This document shows positions 1-7,763 of a DNA stretch of 34,142 nucleotides, in pieces. Origin of the DNA: an uncultured bacterium. Its GTDB lineage: Bacteria > Bacillota_I > Bacilli_A > RF39 > UBA660. Numbering within the stretch: the first letter of the stretch is position 1; every line of letters begins with the position of its first letter. The position numbers and the translations under genes are program-made. The notes beneath the pieces were generated by a model. It saw only the letters and a list, made by a program, of their open reading frames with translations. It did no database searches and had not been told where the DNA came from. The stretch lies in the NCBI GenBank assembly GCA_900314225.1, contig OMUM01000185.1, forward strand, positions 1-34,142. The letters are read 5' to 3'.

Positions 1-63
1 GATTTTATTGCCGGTATGACTGATGACTATTTTATTGATAAAGTAAAATTAATATCAAAATAA
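1..63 (+). CDS. 3' end of a CDS entering from upstream; the C-terminus resembles an HD-domain dNTP triphosphohydrolase (dGTPase family)
   Basis: Frame 1 reads DFIAGMTDDYFIDKVKLISK, then TAA at 61-63. D(Y/F)IAGMTD is the conserved C-terminal signature of dGTPase-like enzymes. Only 20 aa are visible. Confidence 0.4.
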   Translation, partial: DFIAGMTDDYFIDKVKLISK

Positions 64-105
64 AGCAATATAAAATACTAAGGTATTATTTAGTATTGCT
101 TTTTC
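64..105 (+). terminator. putative rho-independent terminator
   Basis: aatactaa (74-81) pairs with ttagtatt (90-97). An alternative outer pairing is agcaata (64-70) with tattgct (94-100). A T-run follows at 100-104. Confidence 0.45.
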
Positions 106-153
106 CCGATATTTGTGTTATAATTAGTCTGTTTTTAAAGGGGGAAATATTAT

Positions 154-780
154 ATGAAAGATTATTCATCAACCAAGAGTGAAAGAGAAAATTATATATT
201 AGACTATAAAAGAAATCACAAAAATGGAACAATTGATATAATGTTTGCTGATGGATCAATTTATAAAAACATAGATTATTGTGAAAAAAATGTTGAAATC
301 ATAGAAGCTACTCAAGAAAAACAGGCTGAAAAGGCAGTAAATAATCGTGAAAGAATTGTTAGTGAAAAAAATCGTGCCAAAGGATATAGTATAATTGGAA
401 GTATTGTTGGAGCTATTGGTAGTACCTTAGTTTTAGTTCCAATGAACACTGATTTGCCAAAATTAATTACTTCAGTTGGTATCATTGGACTATGTTCAGC
501 TATTCCTGGATTATGTAAGTTGAAAAAAGAAAATTCTAAATTAAAAGAAGTAGATAAAATATCTTATCTAAATCAAAATAGAGAAAGATTAGAGCAATTT
601 GATAATTATCAAAATTCATTTGTTGGAATTGACAAAGATGTATCACTAAAACTAAAAAAACGTAAAAATCCATTTTCTATTTTACATATAGATGATTTTA
701 GTCAAGATGATTTAGAAACAATGATTAGAAATATGGATAGAGAAGATAAATTCCAATTTGTCTATAAAAAAACAAAATAA
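154..780 (+). CDS. hypothetical membrane protein (two central hydrophobic helices)
   Basis: 208-aa ORF with a GGGGGA ribosome-binding site upstream and an extended -10 (TGtTATAAT, 116-124). The hydrophobic segments are IIGSIVGAIGSTLVLV and ITSVGIIGLCSAIPGL. I recognise no family. Confidence 0.55.
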   Translation: MKDYSSTKSERENYILDYKRNHKNGTIDIMFADGSIYKNIDYCEKNVEIIEATQEKQAEKAVNNRERIVSEKNRAKGYSIIGSIVGAIGSTLVLVPMNTDLPKLITSVGIIGLCSAIPGLCKLKKENSKLKEVDKISYLNQNRERLEQFDNYQNSFVGIDKDVSLKLKKRKNPFSILHIDDFSQDDLETMIRNMDREDKFQFVYKKTK

Positions 781-880
781 TCAATATTGCTATTTTTTAT
801 TAATTGTGGTATATTGTTGCAAGTTAAGTTTTTACTTAGCTCTCATAAAACATAGTAAAAATAATTGAGGTGAATAAAAA

Positions 881-1351
881 ATGGGAAATAAGAATACTGT
901 ATATTTAACTAAACAAGGTTTAGATAATTTAAAAAAAGAATTAGATGATTTAATTAATGTAAGACGTCCAGAGAACGTTAAAGCTATAAAAGAAGCAAGA
1001 TCATTAGGTGACTTATCAGAAAATGCTGAATATGATGCTGCTAGAAATGAACAAGCTGAAATAGAAGGAAGAATTAAACAATTAGAGAAAATGCTTGAAA
1101 ATGTTTCAATTATTTCAGATGTTGGAACAGATAAAGTAAGCATTGGAAATACTGTATCTATTAAATATGTTGATGATGATGAAGAGGATGAATATAAGAT
1201 AGTTGGAAGTCAAGAAGCAGATCCATTTGAAAGTAAAATTTCCAATGAAAGTCCAATTGCCCAAGCTTTATTTGATCATAAAGTTGGAGATATTGTTACT
1301 GTAGAAAGTCCTAATGGTAATTATCAAGTAGAAATAATTGATATTAAATAG
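881..1351 (+). CDS. greA: transcription elongation factor GreA
   Basis: GAGGTGA ribosome-binding site at 866-872. Typical GreA size (156 aa) and the signature GDLSENAEYDAARNEQ in the coiled-coil N-domain. Confidence 0.95.
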   Translation: MGNKNTVYLTKQGLDNLKKELDDLINVRRPENVKAIKEARSLGDLSENAEYDAARNEQAEIEGRIKQLEKMLENVSIISDVGTDKVSIGNTVSIKYVDDDEEDEYKIVGSQEADPFESKISNESPIAQALFDHKVGDIVTVESPNGNYQVEIIDIK

Positions 1352-1380
1352 ATAATTGTTTAGCAATTATCTATTTTTTT
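1348..1380 (+). terminator. rho-independent terminator of greA
   Basis: 11-bp stem atagataattg (1348-1358) / caattatctat (1364-1374), 5-nt loop, then T7 (1374-1380). The greA stop codon lies in the stem. Confidence 0.75.
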
Positions 1381-1406
1381 GTTATAATATCTTTTATGGT
1401 GATATT

Positions 1407-3263
1407 ATGCTTGAAAAAATTAATAAAACAAATGATATAAAGAAACTAAATATACAAGAAAAAGAAGTTTTAGCAACTGAAATTCGCAAATATATTATTG
1501 ATGTTGTATCTAAAAATGGTGGTCATTTAGCATCTAATTTAGGTAGTGTAGAACTAACTATTGCTTTAGAAAGTGTTTTTAATCCAAATAAAGATAAAAT
1601 AATATGGGACGTTGGTCATCAGTGTTATACTCATAAAATCTTAAATGGACGAAAAGAATCATTTAAAACAATTAGAAAATTCAATGGAATTTCAGGATTT
1701 CCTAAAACCAGTGAAAGTAAGACAGATACTTTTAATACCGGACATTCCAGTACTTCTATTAGTGCAGCTATGGGCTTTGCTAAAGCAAGAGACTTAAAAC
1801 ATAAAAATTATGATGTAGTAGTAGTAATAGGAGATGGAGCTCTAACTGGTGGAATGGCCATGGAAGCTTTAAATCATGTCGGAAGTACAAATACTAAAAT
1901 GATTGTTATTCTAAATGACAATGAAATGAGTATATCTAAAAATATTGGAGGTATTAATAAACTTCTAACTCATTTAAGAGCTAAAAAGAAATATTCCCAA
2001 TCAAATATTATAGGTAAAAAAGTTGTTTCTAATATTCCATTTATAGGTAATCCTATTATAAAAGGTATACAAAAAATAAAAAGTAGTATTAAACAATTAA
2101 TTGTACCAGGGATGTATTTTGAAGAAATTGGTTTCAGATACCTAGGTCCAGTCGATGGTCATGATATTTTGACAATGGAAGAGCTATTTTCTAAAGCTAA
2201 AGAATTGAGTGGACCAACTATAATTCATGTTCTTACAAAAAAAGGTAAAGGTTACAAGTATGCAGAAGAAAATCCTATGAAATTTCATGGAGTTGGACCT
2301 TTTAATATTTCTTCTGGAGAATTACTTACAAAAAGTAATCTATCATATTCCAAGGTATTTGGTAATAAACTAGTACAACTTGCTAAAAAAGATAAAAGCA
2401 TTGTAGCAATCACAGCGGCTATGAAAGATGGTACAGGATTAACTAAATTTGCTGAAACTTATCCCAATAGATTTTTCGATGTTGGAATTGCTGAACAACA
2501 CGCTATTACTTTTGCATCAGGACTTGCCAGTGCTGGAATGAAACCAGTAGTATCAATTTACTCCTCATTTTATCAAAGATGCTATGACCAAGTAATTCAT
2601 GATGTTTGTTTGCAAAACTTAGGTGTCGTTATGTGTGTTGATAGAGCTGGACTTGTAGGAGCCGATGGAGATACACATCAAGGTTTATATGACATGGCTT
2701 TTATGCGAAGTGTTCCTAATCTAATTATTATGTGTCCAAGAAACTATAAAGAATTAGAAGATATGTTAGAACTAGCTCTTAAACTAAATAAACCTGTACT
2801 TCTTAGATACCCAAGAGGTGAAGAAATAAAAGATAATTATCAAGTTAGTAAAATAAATTTATGTAAGGCAGAATTACTTGAAAATGGCTCTGATTTAACT
2901 ATTATCTGTATTGGAAAAACTTGCTCAACAGGAATATATCTTGCTGAAAAACTCAAAGATTCTAATAAATCATGCACTATTATTAATTGTCGCTTCCTAA
3001 AACCATTAGATTCTACATTAATAGTAAATAGTTTAAATAAAACTAAAAAGGCCATTGTAATTGAAGATAGTACTATAATTAATGGCTTATCAACAAGTAT
3101 TAAAGAATTAATTATCGATAATAAATTAAATGTAAAATTAAAATGTTATGCCTATCCTGATAAATTTATAGAACATGGAGATATAAAATCTTTAGAAAAA
3201 AAATATAATTTAGATGTTGATAGTATATATAAAGATATAATTAAAAATAAATTTATGGACTAA
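1407..3263 (+). CDS. dxs: 1-deoxy-D-xylulose-5-phosphate synthase
   Basis: Motifs GGHLASNLGSVELTIAL, WDVGHQCYTHKILNGR, GDGALTGGMAMEALN (ThDP binding) and IAEQHAITFASGLA. The start is moved from the track's 1356 to ATG 1407 (MLEKINK...) because 1356-1380 is the greA terminator and TATAAT sits at 1383-1388. Confidence 0.93.
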   Translation: MLEKINKTNDIKKLNIQEKEVLATEIRKYIIDVVSKNGGHLASNLGSVELTIALESVFNPNKDKIIWDVGHQCYTHKILNGRKESFKTIRKFNGISGFPKTSESKTDTFNTGHSSTSISAAMGFAKARDLKHKNYDVVVVIGDGALTGGMAMEALNHVGSTNTKMIVILNDNEMSISKNIGGINKLLTHLRAKKKYSQSNIIGKKVVSNIPFIGNPIIKGIQKIKSSIKQLIVPGMYFEEIGFRYLGPVDGHDILTMEELFSKAKELSGPTIIHVLTKKGKGYKYAEENPMKFHGVGPFNISSGELLTKSNLSYSKVFGNKLVQLAKKDKSIVAITAAMKDGTGLTKFAETYPNRFFDVGIAEQHAITFASGLASAGMKPVVSIYSSFYQRCYDQVIHDVCLQNLGVVMCVDRAGLVGADGDTHQGLYDMAFMRSVPNLIIMCPRNYKELEDMLELALKLNKPVLLRYPRGEEIKDNYQVSKINLCKAELLENGSDLTIICIGKTCSTGIYLAEKLKDSNKSCTIINCRFLKPLDSTLIVNSLNKTKKAIVIEDSTIINGLSTSIKELIIDNKLNVKLKCYAYPDKFIEHGDIKSLEKKYNLDVDSIYKDIIKNKFMD

Positions 3264-3334
3264 CATAGTTCATTTTTTGTTTCCTTTTTTGCCTAAATTG
3301 GTTTATACTTATATTGATAATAGGAGAGATAGTT

Positions 3335-4888
3335 ATGATTATAAGAAAACCATATGCTTTTTTAATTAAGAATTTTAGAAAAATACATATTGTATTATTA
3401 TTATTAAGTATTTTTGTAGCATATAAGCTAATTGACGTTAACTCTTTTGTTCAAGAATTTATGCAACTGGGTACTTATGATACATATTCTAATCCTATTA
3501 CAAAACACATTACTATTTGGTTACAAATAGCAATAATTATATTAATTGCTGGAAGTGGAGCCATAATACTTCTTTTAAGACATAAAAATAAACCATGGAA
3601 GATATATTTAGTACCATTTATTGAATATTTGGTTCTATTCTTCGTATTAAGTATGATAAAAAACTTTTTTAATGGATATACAGATGCCGTAGAAACAACA
3701 GATTTAAGAATGTCTAGGGATTTATTGGCGATTTTCCTAATTATTCAACTTGCCTCAATTGGAATATTTATAATGAGAACATTTGGTCTTGATATTAAAA
3801 AATTTAATTTTAATAGTGATGAAGAATTTTTGGAATTAAGTGAAGCCGATAGAGAAGAAATTGAATTAAGACTAGATATTGATATTAATACGTTTAAACG
3901 TACTTATAAAAAATTAATTAGAAATATTGGCTATGTATATAGAGAACATAAAATAATATGTAATTTTATAATTATTACACTATGTATATTAATTGTATTT
4001 AGTATATATAAATTTATTTTTATAACTAATAAAAGTTATAAACAGGGTGAATATTATAATACGGATGGCTATACTATAAAAGTAAATAATACTTATTATA
4101 CTGATAAAGATGATAGTGGAAATATTATATCTAAAGATAAAGATTTTGTTATTGTAGATGTTACAATAACAAATAATATTCAAAGAAGAAATATTAATTT
4201 AGACAATTTTCATTTGAAAACTGGTACAAGTGATTTTATAACTACCGATAAAACTTATGCAGAAGAATTTGAAGATCTAGGAGAATGTATTGATACAAAT
4301 GAAACAATAAGAAGAGGGCAAACTTTAAATACAATTATAATTTATAAAGTTGATAAGAAAAAATGGAATTCAAATTTTGTATTATACTACCAAGAAAATA
4401 ATAATAAAAATAAATTAAGAAAAATAAAATTAAATATAAAAGATATTTCAAAAATAGGTAAAGTTAGTCATTTAAAACTAAAAGATAATATTAAAATTAA
4501 ATCTAGCAATACTAACGAAACAATATCTTTTGATGATTATGAAGTAAATAAAACATTGAGTTATTATATAAATGATTGTAGCAGTGGTAGTTGTATTAGA
4601 ACTGAAAAAAATCTTAATGCCAATGATGACGATAATATTTTAATGATTAGGTTTGGTTCTAAATCATTTGATAATAAAAATATGATAGATTTTTTCAAAA
4701 AGTATTGCAAAATAATTTATGAAGAAGAAGATGGATCATCAGAAGAACTTGATATTGATTTTGCCTTAAATAATTCATATTATGGAAAATATGTATATAT
4801 ATTAGTACCAAATTTTATAACAAGTGATAGTAAATTAGATATTAAAATTATTTATAGAAATAAACAGTATCTTTATAAATTGAATTAG
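3335..4888 (+). CDS. polytopic membrane protein with a large C-terminal extracytoplasmic domain (function unknown)
   Basis: ATG 3335 is preceded by TAGGAGAG (3321-3328). There are about 5 N-terminal TM helices, one further TM (IICNFIIITLCILIVFSIY), then a beta-rich, N/K-rich domain of about 290 aa. Confidence 0.6.
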   Translation: MIIRKPYAFLIKNFRKIHIVLLLLSIFVAYKLIDVNSFVQEFMQLGTYDTYSNPITKHITIWLQIAIIILIAGSGAIILLLRHKNKPWKIYLVPFIEYLVLFFVLSMIKNFFNGYTDAVETTDLRMSRDLLAIFLIIQLASIGIFIMRTFGLDIKKFNFNSDEEFLELSEADREEIELRLDIDINTFKRTYKKLIRNIGYVYREHKIICNFIIITLCILIVFSIYKFIFITNKSYKQGEYYNTDGYTIKVNNTYYTDKDDSGNIISKDKDFVIVDVTITNNIQRRNINLDNFHLKTGTSDFITTDKTYAEEFEDLGECIDTNETIRRGQTLNTIIIYKVDKKKWNSNFVLYYQENNNKNKLRKIKLNIKDISKIGKVSHLKLKDNIKIKSSNTNETISFDDYEVNKTLSYYINDCSSGSCIRTEKNLNANDDDNILMIRFGSKSFDNKNMIDFFKKYCKIIYEEEDGSSEELDIDFALNNSYYGKYVYILVPNFITSDSKLDIKIIYRNKQYLYKLN

Positions 4889-4918
4889 AATTTTGTTTTT
4901 AAATAAAATTCTTTTTTT
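4886..4918 (+). terminator. weak putative terminator
   Basis: tagaatttt (4886-4894) pairs with aaaattct (4905-4912), followed by a T-run. The stem is almost all A/T. Confidence 0.3.
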
Positions 4919-4951
4919 ATCATATAAGTAAAAATTTTATAAAAAACTTAG

Positions 4952-4967
4952 TCTTAAAATTTTAAGA
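4952..4967. repeat. perfect 16-bp palindrome TCTTAAAATTTTAAGA upstream of the locus promoter (candidate operator)
   Basis: The sequence is identical to its reverse complement. It ends 33 nt upstream of the -35 at 5001. Confidence 0.35.
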
Positions 4968-5000
4968 TAATAAAAAAGCATTAAATTCCATGATAGTTAA

Positions 5001-5028
5001 TTGACTTTTTTTGCAAGTATGATAAAAT
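5001..5028 (+). promoter_or_regulatory. sigma-A-type promoter P1 (start of the locus)
   Basis: TTGACT (5001-5006), 16-nt spacer, extended -10 TGaTAAAAT (5020-5028). This leaves a leader of about 65 nt before ATG 5100. Confidence 0.65.
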
Positions 5029-5099
5029 TAACTATAAGAGTAGATAATCGTCATAAGATAGTTGTGAATATATTATGAAATTGAGAGGATGATATAATT

Positions 5100-6911
5100 A
5101 TGAGTAAGAAAAATAATAATTATTTAAGAATTTTCAAATTAATTATCGCAATAGTAATTGTCTTTTTATTTATTTGGTTTTTAATAATCTCACCTAAAAT
5201 TAAATTTCATAATAATGAGAAAAAAATGAAAGAAGCAGCTGAAAGATATTTTGAAATAAATAGTAATGAATTGCCTACAGGAAAAAGAGTAAAAACACTT
5301 ACATTAAGTAATTTATATTCAAAAAAATATCTTTCAGGTGACTTTTATGTACCATATAGTAACACTTTATGTGATCAAACAGATAGTTGGGTCAAAGTAA
5401 GAAAAAATAATAATGGTTCTTACGAATATTTAGTTTACTTAGATTGTGGTATTTTACAATCAAATGTTGATCATGAAGGACCAGAAATAAAACTTAATGG
5501 AGAAAAAGAAATAACTATATCTATTGGAGACAAATATACAGACCCTGGAGTAAAAAGCGTAGTTGATAATTCAGATGCTGAATTAAAAATAAGTGATGTG
5601 ATAAAAAAAGGCTCTATAGACACAAATAAAATAGGAACATATAATATTCAATATATTGCCTATGATTCTCTAAAAAATAAAACAACCATGACAAGAACAA
5701 TTAAAGTTGTTAAAAGCCTAAAAAGTGTGGTTAAAAAAGATTTAGGGCAAGCTAAAAATTATGTTGGAAATCCTACAAATAATTATGTTAGACTTTCAAA
5801 TATGATATATCAAATATATGGATTAGATTCAAACAATAATGTAATATTAGTCGCCGCTGAAGATGTTGCTAATGTAAACTTTACTAAATTAAACAAATGG
5901 TTAAATGGATACTATTATAATCATTTAAATGATAAAACAAAGAAAATGATAGTAAAAGCAAAATATTGTAATATGACAATTACAGATACAACATTAGATA
6001 CAACAGAATGTACAAGTTATACAAATAAAGTTAATATATATGTCCCAAGTGTTATAGATATAAATAAAGCCCAAGGCGATGGCAACTTTATGAAAACTAG
6101 TACAATGTCATGGACAGCAAATAATACAGATAATAATAAAGCCTATGTTACAAGATATATTTTCTTTGGAGATTATTTTGGAAAGAATTATTATCCTGAC
6201 AATGTTACTAATAATTATGGCGTTAGACCAATGTTTACAATAAAAGGTAATTCAAATATTGTAGAAGGTGATGGAACACTTTCTAATCCTTATACATTTG
6301 GAGATTCAAAGAAAATTAAAGGAGGAGAAAGTATTGATAAGCTTTCAACTGGAGAATATCTAGTCCTTTCCGATGTTTTATACCGAGTTGTGGATAATGA
6401 AAATGGCTTAGTAAAAGTAATTGGTGATGATTCAATTGTCAGTGATAATGAAGAAATAGAAACATTTTCAACTGCTCCAAATGACAAAGTTCTTTATAAT
6501 CCTAATGATAAAGATAATGTTGCATATTTTATTAACAATGAATCAGACAAGTATATTGATACTAGTAATTTTGCTCTGCATAATATTGAGGTACCAATAT
6601 ATAGTGGAAATATAATATATGGTGAAGAAAAGAAAACAAAAAAATATAAGGTAAAATTATTTGCACCTAATATGTATGAAATGTTTAGTGCTCAAACAAA
6701 TTTATATGGACATTTTTCACATAGCTACTGGTTAATAAATAGTTCAAGTGCAAAAAATGTTGCTGCAGCTATTACTGATATAGGAGTACCTGTTAATGAA
6801 GAATACGTTGCATATTCTAAATTTGGAATACGTGTTTGTGCTTATCTAAAAGATAATATAGTTATTACAAGTGGAAGCGGTACATATGGCGATCCATATT
6901 TGATTGGTTAA
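5100..6911 (+). CDS. N-terminally anchored surface protein: membrane-proximal Cys-pair domain, Ig-like surface domain, two W-x-L...VRP modules
   Basis: GAGAGGATGA ribosome-binding site and signal anchor LIIAIVIVFLFIWFLIISP. The segment GPEIKLNGEKEITISIGDKYTDPGVKSVVDN...GTYNIQYIAYDSLKNKTTMTRTIKVV matches the bacterial Ig-like surface domain I know as DUF5011. Two modules end in VRPMFTI...GDGTLSNPYTFG and IRVCAYL...GSGTYGDPYLIG. It is a paralog of 28412-29647. Confidence 0.7.
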   Translation: MSKKNNNYLRIFKLIIAIVIVFLFIWFLIISPKIKFHNNEKKMKEAAERYFEINSNELPTGKRVKTLTLSNLYSKKYLSGDFYVPYSNTLCDQTDSWVKVRKNNNGSYEYLVYLDCGILQSNVDHEGPEIKLNGEKEITISIGDKYTDPGVKSVVDNSDAELKISDVIKKGSIDTNKIGTYNIQYIAYDSLKNKTTMTRTIKVVKSLKSVVKKDLGQAKNYVGNPTNNYVRLSNMIYQIYGLDSNNNVILVAAEDVANVNFTKLNKWLNGYYYNHLNDKTKKMIVKAKYCNMTITDTTLDTTECTSYTNKVNIYVPSVIDINKAQGDGNFMKTSTMSWTANNTDNNKAYVTRYIFFGDYFGKNYYPDNVTNNYGVRPMFTIKGNSNIVEGDGTLSNPYTFGDSKKIKGGESIDKLSTGEYLVLSDVLYRVVDNENGLVKVIGDDSIVSDNEEIETFSTAPNDKVLYNPNDKDNVAYFINNESDKYIDTSNFALHNIEVPIYSGNIIYGEEKKTKKYKVKLFAPNMYEMFSAQTNLYGHFSHSYWLINSSSAKNVAAAITDIGVPVNEEYVAYSKFGIRVCAYLKDNIVITSGSGTYGDPYLIG

Positions 6912-6935
6912 TTTAATAAGATTGGAGTAATTAAC

Positions 6936-7763
6936 ATGAGAGCAAAAAAAAGAAAAAAAATAAAATTTAGCAATAAAAAGTTAATGCTTTTATTGTTAGT
7001 TATTATAATAATTTTTTTGATTTTCTTATTAATTGAGAAAATAGTTTTATCAAAAAATTATGATACTTCTTATTCATATAAAAATATATCACATATAGAT
7101 GATATAAAAAATTCTAAAGAAAAAAATGATAAAGATGGTTATAAAACTATTGGTTGGATAGATTTATATGATACAGATATCAATATGCCAATATTAAAAA
7201 TAGATGATGACTTTGAAGATAGAATAAGTTTTAATAAATTCGCATGGACAGATGGAGACGAAAAATTTTATAATTTCATAACTATTTATGGACATAATAT
7301 TGCTAACGTAGGTATTCCAAGCATTGATGGTAAATATTTTTATAGATTTGAAGAATTAATGGCTTTTATTTATAAAGATTTTGCAGAAAAACATAGATAT
7401 TTTCAAATTACTATAGATAATAAAGATTATATTTATGAAATATTTTCAGTTAATTTTGTTGATTCGTTTGATGCCTATCAACTACCTTCGGGAGATATAT
7501 CTAAATCAAAAATGCATAAATATTTAAAAGATTTTATTGATGATAGCATTTATGATTATAAAATTAAAGTAAACGAAGATGATGATATTGCTGTTTTAAC
7601 AACCTGCACAAGAATGTTTAGTAAAAAGAATGAAACAAGTAAAGATAGTCTAATTGTTGTTGGCAAACGAGTTGATAAAGATGAAAAAAATTATACTTTA
7701 AAGAAAAGTAGCAAATATGAAAAAGTTGAGAAAGTTTTAAGAGGTGATAGTTATGTGTCATAA
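6936..7763 (+). CDS. class B sortase-like transpeptidase
   Basis: N-terminal signal anchor, then GWIDLYDTDINMPILK. The catalytic triad is in order: His (TIYGHNI), Cys (VLTTCTR, the TLxTC-type motif) and Arg (VVGKRVD). The SrtB-like segment YEIFSVNFVD is present. Confidence 0.75.
   Translation: MRAKKRKKIKFSNKKLMLLLLVIIIIFLIFLLIEKIVLSKNYDTSYSYKNISHIDDIKNSKEKNDKDGYKTIGWIDLYDTDINMPILKIDDDFEDRISFNKFAWTDGDEKFYNFITIYGHNIANVGIPSIDGKYFYRFEELMAFIYKDFAEKHRYFQITIDNKDYIYEIFSVNFVDSFDAYQLPSGDISKSKMHKYLKDFIDDSIYDYKIKVNEDDDIAVLTTCTRMFSKKNETSKDSLIVVGKRVDKDEKNYTLKKSSKYEKVEKVLRGDSYVS

Noticed and set aside
832-1143. Antisense or overlapping ORFs in the six-frame track. These include 832-1143(-), 2840-3055(-), 3989-4183(-), 6290-6487(-), 7758-7988(-), 8669-8863(+), 9020-9217(-), 12548-12796(-), 13842-14030(-), 14105-14290(-), 15924-16115(+), 16930-17121(-) and 18217-18465(-). 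Also 19524-19706(+), 19730-19999(-), 19992-20216(+), 22317-22502(-), 22901-23164(-), 23181-23476 (three ORFs), 24262-24474(-), 24598-24798(+), 26962-27198(+), 27458-27655(-), 27742-27924(-), 28120-28344(+) and 31597-31806(+).
   Set aside because: All lie inside much longer ORFs that have recognisable motifs and ribosome-binding sites. Their translations are low-complexity with no start context. Such shadow frames are typical of long genes.
1356-1406. The track's start at 1356 for dxs (MFSNYLFFCYNIFYGDI...).
   Set aside because: Positions 1348-1380 form the greA terminator hairpin and T-run, and TATAAT lies at 1383-1388. The conserved Dxs N-terminus begins at ATG 1407.
5075-5092. A 5-codon upstream ORF (MKLRG*) in the P1 leader as a regulatory leader peptide.
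   Set aside because: It overlaps the ribosome-binding site of the main gene, has no ribosome-binding site of its own and has no associated alternative hairpins. It is most likely fortuitous.
6944-6960. The A8-G-A8 homopolymer pair at the 5' end of the sortase gene as a slipped-strand phase-variation switch.
   Set aside because: It simply encodes the Lys-rich n-region (AKKRKKIK) of the signal anchor. A-runs of this length occur elsewhere in this AT-rich window, for example at 23735 and 29670 (as T8). There is no evidence of variability from a single sequence.
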